A stretch of DNA of 64,000 nt from Bacillales bacterium UBA6120 (GTDB lineage: Bacteria; Bacillota_I; Bacilli_A; RFN20; CAG-826). Both the position numbers and the translations under genes were made by a program. The stretch lies in contig DIVY01000010.1 in the NCBI GenBank assembly GCA_002422535.1, forward strand, positions 4,172 through 68,171. The letters run 5' to 3'. Below the pieces are notes generated by a model. The model was not told where the DNA came from. It was given only the letters and a program-made list of their open reading frames with translations, and made no database searches. Shown piece by piece: positions 37,890 through 47,980 of the stretch; position 1 is the first letter of the stretch; each line of letters starts with the position of its first letter.

Positions 37890-39131
37890 ATGGAAAAACT
37901 GACGTTTGTTCTCGATGTGGGGAGCGGCTCCACGAAATTGCTAGCGGGTTATGTCCTTGACGGACAACCGATCGTCGTCGAAGCGTTAAGCGCTTCGTGT
38001 CCTTTGCAACTGCAAGGGGGCCGCATCACCGATGTTGAAAAATCAACCGAAATCGTCAAAAAACTTTTAGCGCAAATGCAAAAAAGTTTGAACATCGTCA
38101 TTGATAGCCTTGTGGTGGTCATGCCTCCGCAAGGTCTCGAAGTGTTTCAAGCCACCAAAACAACGAATATCCTATCCGATCAAGGCACGATTTCCACGAT
38201 CGATTTTAAAAATTTGAATACGATGTTTCGCAAAGAAAAACTTGGCGAGCAATTCGAACAAATCGGCATTGTGCCGATCGTTTTTGAATTAGATGAAGAC
38301 CGCCAATCAGAGCTTCCTCCATTGGGCGAAATTTCCAATAATATTACGCTTACGGCGAATGTTCATTTTGTCGATAAAGCGCTTTTTGGTGATTATAAAG
38401 CCATTTGCGAAGGCGCAAAAGTCAAACTTCGTAAAGCCGTTGTTGATGCCCATGCCTTAGCGGAACTTTTAGCGCAAGAGGATAACCTTAGGAGCGAGTA
38501 TATTCTCATCGATTTCGGCGCGTATATCACCACGCTTTCTTTTGTCAGCGAAGGTCGTGTTTTCGCTTCGACACATTTTGAAACTGGTTCCAGTCATCTG
38601 ACGGAGATAATCGCCAACCACTTCCAATTGCCGTTTGAAGAAGGGGCCGCCCTCCATGAACATTATGGCTTTGATTTACGCGAAAATTATTTTGATGGAA
38701 TCGTCTACCAATCAATTAATGACCCCGAACGTCAAGCCGTTGTGCGCCAAAGCGATTTAAATCAAATTATCGATAGCTTTATCGCCACCTGGACTAGTGA
38801 AGTCCATCGTTATGTGGCGACATTAAAAGAAAAAGTCGGCATCCGCATCGATGCCACCATCTTTCCGTGGCTCGTGGTCGGGGCGGGGCGGCAATTAAAA
38901 GGGTTTCGGCTCTTGTTTGCCAAATACGCTAAGCACGATCGCATTATCTATCCCCGCTTTAAGACGATTGGCGCCCGCTCGCCGACGTTTGCCCCGGCGT
39001 TAGGATTATTGTGTTTCATCAATAAATACGCGGCGATTCATGACGAGCCGAGTAGTGCCGTCGTTAGCGTCGAACGCCTCAAAATAGTGAAAAATAAAGC
39101 ATCTTACAATGAATATGAAGATGAGTTATAA
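37890..39131 (+). CDS. ftsA: Cell division protein FtsA (actin-like ATPase)
   Basis: 413 aa. N-terminal phosphate-1 motif LDVGSGSTKLLAG and actin-fold subdomains. It lies immediately upstream of ftsZ. Confidence 0.85.
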   Translation: MEKLTFVLDVGSGSTKLLAGYVLDGQPIVVEALSASCPLQLQGGRITDVEKSTEIVKKLLAQMQKSLNIVIDSLVVVMPPQGLEVFQATKTTNILSDQGTISTIDFKNLNTMFRKEKLGEQFEQIGIVPIVFELDEDRQSELPPLGEISNNITLTANVHFVDKALFGDYKAICEGAKVKLRKAVVDAHALAELLAQEDNLRSEYILIDFGAYITTLSFVSEGRVFASTHFETGSSHLTEIIANHFQLPFEEGAALHEHYGFDLRENYFDGIVYQSINDPERQAVVRQSDLNQIIDSFIATWTSEVHRYVATLKEKVGIRIDATIFPWLVVGAGRQLKGFRLLFAKYAKHDRIIYPRFKTIGARSPTFAPALGLLCFINKYAAIHDEPSSAVVSVERLKIVKNKASYNEYEDEL

Positions 39132-39142
39132 GAGGTACTCAT

Positions 39143-40285
39143 ATGGAAGAAAAATATAATGCCGAACTCGATACGTTTGAAGCCGCCGCGCGAATCGTGG
39201 TGATTGGTGTGGGTGGTGCCGGCAATAACGCCGTCAACCGCATGATTGATGATGAGATTAATTCCGTCGAATTTTGGGTTGCCAATACCGATAAACAAGC
39301 TCTTTCCACGAGCAAAGCGCGCAAAAGGATGATCTTGGGCACGAAAGTGACTAATGGTCTTGGTGCTGGCGGCAATCCGGAAGTTGGACGTCAAGCGGCC
39401 GAAGAAAGCATTGAAGAAATTCGCGACATCGTTAAAGGCGCTAATATGGTATTCATCGCCGCTGGCATGGGCGGAGGTACCGGTACTGGTGCCGCTCCGG
39501 TGATTGCCCGCATTGCCAAAGAAGAGGGCTGCCTGACCGTGGCCATCGTCACGCGTCCATTTACGTTTGAAGGAAAACGGCGCATCGCCAATAGCGTCGC
39601 TGGATTGACCGAACTTAAAAAAGCCGTTGATAGTATGATTATTGTCAGTAACGACAAATTGATGATGACCGCCGGTAGCGATCCAATCGGAAATGCGTTC
39701 CGCCAGGCCGATAATGTGTTATCGCAATCGGTGAAAACAGTGACCGACTTAATTTTAATGCCGGCGGTGATTAACCTCGACTTTGCCGATGTTCGTAATG
39801 TCTTAAAAGCCAGTGGCATTAGCTTGATTGGTTTTGGCATGGGCAGTGGCGATAACAAGGCGCTCAACGCCGCCCAAACCGCCGTTAGCTGCCCGTTACT
39901 CGAATCAAGTTTGACTGGTGCCCGCAAGGCGATTGTGGCCATCACATGCGGCCCGCAAGTCAGTTTATACGAAGCGCAAGAAACCGTCGATCGCATCATT
40001 GAAATCGCCGGAACGAACCTTGACATCAAATTCGGCGTATCCATTAATGAACAACTATCAGATCAAATCCTTGTCAGCGTGATTGCTTCTGATTTTGCCG
40101 AAGAATACGACTATACGGCCGTTCCCACACTTCCTTCAATGCGGGCTCCAAGTCGCGATGTTAACCAAACAAGCGATGTTTCTCTCCTTGATGGTGGCGA
40201 TAACCAAGCGAAAGCTGAACCACTTCCCATTAATGAAGAAGAAAGCTTGTTACCGGAATTTTTAAGCGACAAACACTTGCAATAA
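39143..40285 (+). CDS. ftsZ: Cell division GTPase FtsZ
   Basis: 380 aa. Tubulin signature GGGTGTG, VIGVGGAGNNAVNRM, and a C-terminal variable tail. Confidence 0.97.
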   Translation: MEEKYNAELDTFEAAARIVVIGVGGAGNNAVNRMIDDEINSVEFWVANTDKQALSTSKARKRMILGTKVTNGLGAGGNPEVGRQAAEESIEEIRDIVKGANMVFIAAGMGGGTGTGAAPVIARIAKEEGCLTVAIVTRPFTFEGKRRIANSVAGLTELKKAVDSMIIVSNDKLMMTAGSDPIGNAFRQADNVLSQSVKTVTDLILMPAVINLDFADVRNVLKASGISLIGFGMGSGDNKALNAAQTAVSCPLLESSLTGARKAIVAITCGPQVSLYEAQETVDRIIEIAGTNLDIKFGVSINEQLSDQILVSVIASDFAEEYDYTAVPTLPSMRAPSRDVNQTSDVSLLDGGDNQAKAEPLPINEEESLLPEFLSDKHLQ

Positions 40286-40321
40286 CGATTGCTAATATTC
40301 TTCATTTATGGTATAAATGCT

Positions 40322-40545
40322 TTGTTAAATCAATGATGAAGACACGTCATTGACTCCATCAAGTTAAAGCGAGTTGGCGTCTGGTGCAAGGCTAACACTT
40401 GAGGTCAATGGTATCCCCTCATCGAGCGGTCCTGAACAACAGTAAGGCTGACGGCATTCCCCCGTTATCGGAACTAAAGCGCGTAACAAAGTTACGAACT
40501 AAGGTGGTACCACGTGCAAGCGTCCTTATGGGCGCTTTTATTATT
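40322..40545 (+). promoter_or_regulatory. T-box leader for ileS
   Basis: TTGCTA, 17 nt, TATAAA promoter at 40289-40317. GAUGAAG stem I base, candidate Ile specifier AUC (CCAUCAAG), T-box AACUAAGGUGGUACCACG, terminator AGCGUCCUUAUGGGCGCUUUUAUU, then the AAGGAG Shine-Dalgarno. Confidence 0.85.
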
Positions 40546-40558
40546 TAAGGAGCAAATT

Positions 40559-43285
40559 ATGGATCTCAAGCAAACATTATTAATGCCAAAGACGACCTTT
40601 GAAATGCGGGCCAATCTCGCCCAAAAAGAACCCCTTTTAGTCAAGGCATGGCAAGACGATCACTATTATGAAAAAATGCTGGAACAGCGGAAACACTGCC
40701 CCGAATTCCAACTGCATGATGGACCACCTTACGCGAACGGAGATATGCATGTTGGCCACATGCTGAACCGCTTTTTGAAAGATATCGTGATTCGCTATCA
40801 AAGCATGAAGGGTCATTATACCCCGTTCACGTTAGGTTGGGATACTCATGGCCTCCCAATTGAAAACCATTTAACGAAAAAGGGCGTCAACCGGAAAACG
40901 ATGACCACCGTCGCCTTCCGCGAGGCCTGCCGCCGGTTTGCGCTTGAGCAAGTCGCGCGTCAAAAAGAACAAATTCGGCGCTTAGGCGTCGTCGGAGATT
41001 TTGATCATCCCTATGTCACGCTTGATCCAAGTTATGAAGCTTCTCAAATTGGTGTGTTTGCCAAAATGGCGCTTGATGGGCTGATTTATAAGGGATTAAA
41101 ACCGGTATATTGGTCACCAAGTAGCGAAAGCGCGCTGGCCGAAGCTGAAATTGAATATGCTGATGTCACCTCAAACTCCGTGTACGTCGCCTTTAAGGTC
41201 ACGGAACCGAAGGGACCGCTACAAGTAGGGGATGCTTTAGTTATTTGGACGACCACTCCGTGGACTTTACCGGCAAATCTCGCGATTGCGGCCCATCCCG
41301 AATTCATTTATGGCCGTTATGCGACGAATAAAGGAATTCTCGTTTTCCTAACTGATTTAGCGGCGACTTTACAGGATCAACTTGGCTTATTAGATTGTAA
41401 GTTATTACATACATTTACCGGTAAAGACATCGAATTCGCTAAATGTCAGCATCCATTCTATGACCGCGAGTCATTAGTAATTCTGGGCGAACACGTCACT
41501 TCGGATACCGGTACGGGTTTGGTCCATACCGCTCCCGGACATGGCGAAGACGACTTTATCGTCGGGCGCGCCTATAACTTGCCGCCATTATGCCCCGTCG
41601 ATGGTCGTGGCATGATGATGGCCGAAGCCGGACCAGAACTAGCGGGATTATTTTATGAAGACGCCAATGAAAAGATCTTGACGATGTTACGGGACGCGGG
41701 GGTCTTACTCGCCGCATCTAAATTCACTCATAGCTATCCCCATGATTGGCGGACGGGCAAGCCATTAATCTACCGGGCAACGCCACAATGGTTTTGCTCG
41801 ATTGAGCCGATTAGAAATAAATTATTAGAAGAAATCGACCGCGTCCACTGGACGCCCAGTTGGGGTAAATTACGCATCCATAACATGATTAAGGACCGCG
41901 GTGATTGGTGCATTAGCCGCCAACGCGTGTGGGGCGTCCCCATTCCCATTATTTATAATGAGGATGGCAGTCCCATCATTGAAAAAGCGGTGTTTGACCA
42001 TATTCAAACATTATTTAAAGAGCATGGGTCCAATGTTTGGTTTGAGAAGAATGTTTTAGACTTACTGCCACCTGGTTACAAAAATATCGCTTCGCCAAAC
42101 GATGAATTTTATCAAGAAACCGACATCATGGATGTGTGGTTCGATAGCGGATCTTCAAGCATTGGTGTCTTAGAGGGTCGGGGTCAAAAGTGGCCCGCTG
42201 ATCTTTATCTTGAAGGCTCTGATCAATATCGAGGCTGGTTTAACTCAAGCCTGATTATTGGTTTGGCCATAAACGGACGCGCTCCCTATGACAACGTCGT
42301 CAGCCATGGATTTGTCGTCGATGGTAAGGGCGAGAAGATGTCCAAATCAAAGGGCAATGGCATCGACCCCCTGAAAATGACTAATGTTTATGGATCGGAT
42401 ATTTTACGGCTGTGGTCGGCTACGGTTGATTATCAAGCCGATGTTCGCGCGAGCGAAGATATCTTTAAAGGCAATGCCGAAAGTTATCGCAAGATTCGCA
42501 ACACGATTAAATTCATGCTTGGTAACCTCGCCAATGGCGATAAAGGTTTTTTCGATCCCGTTAAGGAAACACAAAATGAGCTAGCTTTGGTGGATCAGCT
42601 AATGCTGGAAGCCTTTAATCGTCTAGTCGGCAAGGTAACAAGCGAACTGGATGTGTTTAATTTTTCAGGGGCAATGATGCTTGTGCTGAATTTCGTCGCG
42701 AGCGATTTATCATCATTTTATTGCGACATTACCAAAGACATCCTTTATTGCGAATCCATCAATTCGTCCAGACGTCTCCAAGTACAAACGACCTATTACC
42801 AATTATTGAAGGGCTTGATCACCTTACTAATGCCGGTGTTGCCTTTTACGATGGAAGAGGCATATCAAGCATTGCGGGGACCAAAACTAGCTTATGCCCA
42901 GCTTGAAGATTATCCTTCAAGTCATCAACTTAATGAAACGACCCTTTCACTTTATGATGCCTTGCTCGATTTAAGGACGATCGCTTTGAAAAAACTCGAA
43001 GAAGCGCGCGCCGGTGGCGTGATTGGGTCGGCCCAAGAGGCTAGGTTACATCTGCAAATTGGAAGTGGACCACTATATAACGCATTAGTGAAAGTGGATG
43101 CCTTAGAACTTGCCCGGTACTTTATCGTCAGTGAAGTTGTCCTAACTAGTGGGGCCACGACTACTGCGGCCGTGGCGCGTCATCATGGCCAAAAATGCCA
43201 ACGTTGTTGGAATTATTATGACGAACTGGCACAAATCGACGATAATAAGGTATGTCCACGTTGCTTGAAAGTCTTAAAATCATGA
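40559..43285 (+). CDS. ileS: Isoleucyl-tRNA synthetase
   Basis: 908 aa from the ATG at 40559. HMGH-type HVGHMLN, KMSKS, and a C-terminal zinc-binding CxxC pairs. The upstream extension to 40514 is rejected because it lies inside the T-box terminator. Confidence 0.97.
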   Translation: MDLKQTLLMPKTTFEMRANLAQKEPLLVKAWQDDHYYEKMLEQRKHCPEFQLHDGPPYANGDMHVGHMLNRFLKDIVIRYQSMKGHYTPFTLGWDTHGLPIENHLTKKGVNRKTMTTVAFREACRRFALEQVARQKEQIRRLGVVGDFDHPYVTLDPSYEASQIGVFAKMALDGLIYKGLKPVYWSPSSESALAEAEIEYADVTSNSVYVAFKVTEPKGPLQVGDALVIWTTTPWTLPANLAIAAHPEFIYGRYATNKGILVFLTDLAATLQDQLGLLDCKLLHTFTGKDIEFAKCQHPFYDRESLVILGEHVTSDTGTGLVHTAPGHGEDDFIVGRAYNLPPLCPVDGRGMMMAEAGPELAGLFYEDANEKILTMLRDAGVLLAASKFTHSYPHDWRTGKPLIYRATPQWFCSIEPIRNKLLEEIDRVHWTPSWGKLRIHNMIKDRGDWCISRQRVWGVPIPIIYNEDGSPIIEKAVFDHIQTLFKEHGSNVWFEKNVLDLLPPGYKNIASPNDEFYQETDIMDVWFDSGSSSIGVLEGRGQKWPADLYLEGSDQYRGWFNSSLIIGLAINGRAPYDNVVSHGFVVDGKGEKMSKSKGNGIDPLKMTNVYGSDILRLWSATVDYQADVRASEDIFKGNAESYRKIRNTIKFMLGNLANGDKGFFDPVKETQNELALVDQLMLEAFNRLVGKVTSELDVFNFSGAMMLVLNFVASDLSSFYCDITKDILYCESINSSRRLQVQTTYYQLLKGLITLLMPVLPFTMEEAYQALRGPKLAYAQLEDYPSSHQLNETTLSLYDALLDLRTIALKKLEEARAGGVIGSAQEARLHLQIGSGPLYNALVKVDALELARYFIVSEVVLTSGATTTAAVARHHGQKCQRCWNYYDELAQIDDNKVCPRCLKVLKS

Positions 43286-43776
43286 AGCAATATTTAAACT
43301 CCTTTTTTCGTTCATTGGGTTGGCTCGCGATTTTAATTGTGATTGTCGATCAAGTCACCAAATGGATTATTTATCTTAACGACGTCAGCGTCACCATCAT
43401 CCCCGGCTTTTTTCGGCTTGATTATGTCAGAAATACCGGCGCCGCTTGGTCGATGCTTGAAGATTTTCCGTGGCTATTGGCCATCATCTCGTTTATTGCC
43501 GGTGTCGCCATGATTGCCTATTTTTTATGGAAACAAGACAAGATGAACCAATGGTTTAAGGCGGCATTAATGCTGATGATTGGCGGAACATGGGGTAACT
43601 TTATCGATCGCGCGTTCTATCAAGATGGCGTCATCGATTTTTTAGCGTTTAATCTGTTTGGCTATCCCTTCCCCTCGTTCAATGTGGCGGATATGAGCCT
43701 CGTGGTTGGCACTTTTTCATTAATTATCATCATGTCGCTCGATGATATTAAACTTAAAAAAACGCATGGAAAATAA
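43282..43776 (+). CDS. lspA: Lipoprotein signal peptidase II
   Basis: 164 aa from the ATG at 43282, which overlaps the ileS TGA. LspA conserved regions: NTGAAWSML, FNVAD. Confidence 0.9.
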   Translation: MKQYLNSFFRSLGWLAILIVIVDQVTKWIIYLNDVSVTIIPGFFRLDYVRNTGAAWSMLEDFPWLLAIISFIAGVAMIAYFLWKQDKMNQWFKAALMLMIGGTWGNFIDRAFYQDGVIDFLAFNLFGYPFPSFNVADMSLVVGTFSLIIIMSLDDIKLKKTHGK

Positions 43777-44677
43777 CCGTCACTTTGTGGTCGCTAACGA
43801 CCAAGTTGGACTGCGGCTCGATAAGTTTTTAGCATCAGTTGTCACTGACTTATCAAGATCACGCCTTGAATTTTTGATTGAGCGCGGGCATATCCTTGTT
43901 AATGATAAGGCAAGTAAACCAGCTTATAAATTGCGGCTTAATGATGAAATTGATGTGGTAATCCCACCACTTGAAGATGATCCTCACGAAAGTCGGGAAG
44001 TACCTTTCAGTGTGATTTATGAAGATGAAGATATCATCATTGTAAATAAACCCGTCGGCGTCGTCACGCATCCAGCGCCGGGACACACAGCGGATACTTT
44101 GGTCAATGGGTTGCTTTATCGCTACCCCAATTTAAGCGGCATCAATGGCGTCAAGCGGCCGGGCATTGTGCACCGGCTTGATAAGGATACGTCCGGATTG
44201 CTAGTGGTTGCTCGTAATGATGCCGCTCATCAATACTTAGCCAAACAACTATCCAATCATTCGATGTACCGCGAATATGTCGCCCTTGTGGAGGGTCCAA
44301 TTAGCGAACAAGAAGGACGCATCGAGGCTCCGATTGGACGCGATCTAAGATTCCGAACGAAGATGAGCGTTAATGTGCATGAGGGGCGCTTAGCCATTAC
44401 GCATTTTAACGTGATGACAAGATACAATGGCTACACGCTTTTATCATTAAGGTTGGAAACGGGACGTACCCATCAAATACGCGTCCATCTTGCTTATATT
44501 GGTCATCCAATTGTTGGAGATGTTACTTATGGCGGAAAAGCGGATTTATATAATAATGGGCAACTGCTACATGCCCTTAAATTGACATTAAGACATCCCA
44601 AAACCAAAGCATTGCTGACGTTTGAAGCGCCACTGCCAAACCACTTTAAAGACGTGTTAAAAAAACTCGAGTCATAA
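43766..44677 (+). CDS. rluD: RluA-family 23S rRNA pseudouridine synthase (RluD-like)
   Basis: 303 aa. N-terminal S4 domain and catalytic HRLDKDTSGLLVVA motif. ileS-lspA-rluD synteny as in Bacillus. Confidence 0.9.
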   Translation: MENNRHFVVANDQVGLRLDKFLASVVTDLSRSRLEFLIERGHILVNDKASKPAYKLRLNDEIDVVIPPLEDDPHESREVPFSVIYEDEDIIIVNKPVGVVTHPAPGHTADTLVNGLLYRYPNLSGINGVKRPGIVHRLDKDTSGLLVVARNDAAHQYLAKQLSNHSMYREYVALVEGPISEQEGRIEAPIGRDLRFRTKMSVNVHEGRLAITHFNVMTRYNGYTLLSLRLETGRTHQIRVHLAYIGHPIVGDVTYGGKADLYNNGQLLHALKLTLRHPKTKALLTFEAPLPNHFKDVLKKLES

Positions 44678-44699
44678 AACTCATCGGCTAGATGAGTTT
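44677..44699. terminator. Bidirectional hairpin between the convergent rluD and rnhC genes
   Basis: Perfect 9-bp stem AAACTCATC-GGCTA-GATGAGTTT. It overlaps the rnhC stop codon. Confidence 0.6.
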
Positions 44700-45599
44700 G
44701 TTATAATTTTTAAAGTTTTGTTTGACTAACTTGTTTAATTCTTCAAGTTTGTATTTAGCGATGAATGAAGCGGCAAAGGCGTCGACTTTCCCACTCGCCC
44801 CAAGGGGGAAAGTTGTCCCATACTTTGCGCCCAATTCCGCCATGTATGTTAAAAAAGCATACCGAGCAATCATCGAAGCGATGGCCACCGCCGGATATTG
44901 GCGTTCGGCCTTAGTTTCAAAATGCAAGTTATTGACAAAAGAAGCGTGGCCTTTGACGTATTTAAAATATTGAAGTGGCGTACAAAATTGATCGATATAA
45001 ACCGGAATTTTCTTTGAAGGGTATTTCTTTTGTAAATTAGCGAGCACGCCTTGGTGTAACCACGCTTTCATGCGATTAAGATTATAACCGCTCGCGACGA
45101 GTTCGTTATATTTTTCAGGGGTGACGGTCATTAAGGAATAGGGAAAGTCTTTTATTAATTGGGGTCCGATTTTAATAATGAATTCATCATCAATTTTTTT
45201 ACTATCGCCGATTTTATATTTACTTAATAAATCTAGCTGTTTGGGATTAAAATAAGCGGCCACGACAATAACGGGACCAAAAAAATCGCCCGTGCCCACT
45301 TCATCGCTTCCAATGTGGGGCGCCAGCTCCTGCCAACCGGTTGGCGTTTGAGTCTTTATCTCTTTTTTGATTGGGGCGCCCCAAATAGTAGCTTCCTGCA
45401 GGGCGTTGACACCTTGAAACACAACTTTTTGGGCGCCGTGGTGATCTTTTTGATATACCAAAATAGTTATGCCTTGATGATTGGCGGCATAGGCGACATA
45501 TTCGTTTGGGACATCAATTGTGTCATCCTCATAAAAAGCCACAAGTTCTTCGATGCGCCCTTTTTCTAATAATATCGTCGCCAGTTCATGCTGTTTCAT
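44688..45599 (-). CDS. rnhC: Ribonuclease HIII
   Basis: 303 aa. N-terminal DUF3378-like domain plus RNase HII-fold catalytic motif DEVGTGDFFGPVIV. Confidence 0.88.
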   Translation of the reverse strand: MKQHELATILLEKGRIEELVAFYEDDTIDVPNEYVAYAANHQGITILVYQKDHHGAQKVVFQGVNALQEATIWGAPIKKEIKTQTPTGWQELAPHIGSDEVGTGDFFGPVIVVAAYFNPKQLDLLSKYKIGDSKKIDDEFIIKIGPQLIKDFPYSLMTVTPEKYNELVASGYNLNRMKAWLHQGVLANLQKKYPSKKIPVYIDQFCTPLQYFKYVKGHASFVNNLHFETKAERQYPAVAIASMIARYAFLTYMAELGAKYGTTFPLGASGKVDAFAASFIAKYKLEELNKLVKQNFKNYNKLI

Positions 45600-45674
45600 A
45601 ATTCAGTTAGATAATACCATATCGACGATAATTATGCCTACTAGTCAGCGCCTCATGATGTTATCATAATTACG

Positions 45675-47978
45675 ATGAAAGCCATTGAACTACTGCTTGA
45701 ATTTCCCCTGATTCAGCGACGTCTCATCAGTTATAGCCATACATCGTTAGGAACAAAACGTTTAAATGATCTTGGTTTTTTAGGCGTTGAGGAACTTAAA
45801 GAACATCTACAACTTGTCGATGAGATGATGTCACTAATCATTCGTTATGGGGCTTTGCCGATATTAAATAGCCAAATTCTGGAACCATATTTTGTCAAAG
45901 CCCAAAAAGGGGCTGCATTAAACGCTAGTGAAATCCATGATATTTATAGCGACCTTCAAACGATTGGCCAGATTTTGTCTTTTTTTAAAGGTAAAGCGCC
46001 ATCTTATCCAAACTTATCGCTGATTATTAATCGATTAACCGAGGCCCCCACGTTAAGCATGGCGATTGAAAAAGTATTGGCGCCCGATTTATCAATCAAA
46101 GATAGCGCGAGCCCGCTGCTTAACAAGCTTCGCCACCAAAAGCGAAGTTTGGAACAGAAGATGTTAGCGCTTGTTAATAAATTAACGGAGCAATATCAAT
46201 CGGTATTATCTGATAAACAAGCGGTGGTCCGTAATGGACATATGGTTCTGCCCGTGCTTACTCAAGAAAAGCAACGCGTCGAAGGAATCATTCACGCGAT
46301 GAGTGACACTGGTTATACGACCTTTATCGAACCAACTCCCCTTGTCATGCTAAACAATGAACTCTATGTTTTAACGCAACAAGAAATCGAAGAGATCCAT
46401 CGCATTCTTTTAGCTCTGACTCAAGAAATTCTGTTGTTAGAGTCACCGCTTTTAGCAAATAACGATTTATTGGCGCTTCTTGATGTAATCGGCGCGAAAG
46501 CTCAGTATGGTAACGCCATTAATGGCTTTGTGGGACAAATTAAGACCGACCGCATTATCAATCTATTTAATGCGCGGCATCCTTTAATTGATCAAAGCGT
46601 GGTTGTCCCCAATTCGTTTTATCTAAACGAAGATAAACGGCTTGTCATCATCACTGGGCCCAATGCTGGTGGTAAGACGGTCGCCATGAAGACCGTTGGG
46701 TTATTAGTGTATATGCATCAATGCGGTATCCCCCTACCCACAGATCGACCGGCGGAACTTAGTTATTTTGATCATATCTACGCTGATATCGGCGATTCGC
46801 AAAGCTTAATGGATCATTTATCGACTTTTGCCGGGCATATTGCTAATCTAGCGACTATCGTCGCAAAAGTGACCCGCCTTGACCTAGTGCTTATCGATGA
46901 GTTAGGAACCGGCACTGATCCCCAAGAAGGAGAAGCGCTCGCCGTAGCCGTGCTTCGCTATTTAGCGCAAAAACAGGCCTTCGTCATCGTATCCAGTCAC
47001 TTTGCGATGTTAAAACAACTTGGTTTTAGCGAGCCAGGCATGCGCAATGCCTCGATGCGGTTTGATGAAAAGAAACTGACGCCAACATATGAATTAGTGC
47101 TGGACACTCCCGGGCGCAGTTATGGCCTCGAAATGGCGTATCGCTATGGGCTGGATGAGACCATCATCAATCAAGCTGAAACTATAATGGCTTCTAATCA
47201 AGCCACAGCTAGTAAGCTAATCGACGATTTACAACGCGAACTTGATTTACAGCGCGAAAAGTCGCTTGAAATGGCAAATGCCGAACAAGAGATTAAGGCG
47301 CGTTTAAATGAAACATTAATGGCGCAGGAAAAAATCAACCAAGCGTTTGAAACATTAAAAGCTGATTTTGCGATTGAACGGGCTAAATTAGTGGCGGAAG
47401 CCACCCGAAAAGCCAATGAGGCGGTGGCCGCTTTAAGCAATCCGCATCTTAAACTTCATGAAGCGATTGCCATTAAACGAAACCTTGAAGCAACAGACGA
47501 TATTGAACAACCACCAACAATACTTGAAGGAGAACCCATCTCCATTGGCGATTATGCCATTTATGAGCAACTTGGATTACGTGGTAAGGTAATCTCAATC
47601 ACTAAAAAAGGCGCCACGATTGTCACTAATGACGGTAAAACGATTAAAGTCAATCTCGATAACCTTAAAAAAACAGAAGCACCAATTCGCAGCGAACAAA
47701 CGAAGATCCGTTATATTAATCGTAATGATACACGCGTGCCCCTCGAGCTTAATCTAATTGGCCAACGCGTTGATGAAGCGCTTAATAATCTTGATCAATA
47801 CATTGATTCAGCCTTAGCAAGTAATGTAAAACGAGTTAGGATTATCCATGGATTAGGGACGGGGGCGCTGCGAAAAGCCGTCACCAATTATTTACAAGGA
47901 AAGCCATATGTCGCTTCATTTCGCTATGGTGAGCAAGGCGAAGGTGGCGCCGGAGCGACGGTTGTCTTCTTTAAATAA
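45675..47978 (+). CDS. mutS2: Endonuclease MutS2 (MutS domain plus C-terminal Smr)
   Basis: 767 aa. Walker A GPNAGGKTV, a coiled-coil region, and a C-terminal Smr domain (VRIIHGLGTGALRKAV). Confidence 0.93.
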   Translation: MKAIELLLEFPLIQRRLISYSHTSLGTKRLNDLGFLGVEELKEHLQLVDEMMSLIIRYGALPILNSQILEPYFVKAQKGAALNASEIHDIYSDLQTIGQILSFFKGKAPSYPNLSLIINRLTEAPTLSMAIEKVLAPDLSIKDSASPLLNKLRHQKRSLEQKMLALVNKLTEQYQSVLSDKQAVVRNGHMVLPVLTQEKQRVEGIIHAMSDTGYTTFIEPTPLVMLNNELYVLTQQEIEEIHRILLALTQEILLLESPLLANNDLLALLDVIGAKAQYGNAINGFVGQIKTDRIINLFNARHPLIDQSVVVPNSFYLNEDKRLVIITGPNAGGKTVAMKTVGLLVYMHQCGIPLPTDRPAELSYFDHIYADIGDSQSLMDHLSTFAGHIANLATIVAKVTRLDLVLIDELGTGTDPQEGEALAVAVLRYLAQKQAFVIVSSHFAMLKQLGFSEPGMRNASMRFDEKKLTPTYELVLDTPGRSYGLEMAYRYGLDETIINQAETIMASNQATASKLIDDLQRELDLQREKSLEMANAEQEIKARLNETLMAQEKINQAFETLKADFAIERAKLVAEATRKANEAVAALSNPHLKLHEAIAIKRNLEATDDIEQPPTILEGEPISIGDYAIYEQLGLRGKVISITKKGATIVTNDGKTIKVNLDNLKKTEAPIRSEQTKIRYINRNDTRVPLELNLIGQRVDEALNNLDQYIDSALASNVKRVRIIHGLGTGALRKAVTNYLQGKPYVASFRYGEQGEGGAGATVVFFK

Positions 47979-47980
47979 AT

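Noticed and set aside
40514-40558. Upstream extension of ileS. Similar extensions are rejected for mraZ (35961), rsmH (36391), obg (60958), lspA (43252), rluD (43742) and glgB (24387).
   Set aside because: The extensions run through T-box terminators or into the upstream gene. They lack a Shine-Dalgarno, and protein-family N-termini align to the downstream start codons.
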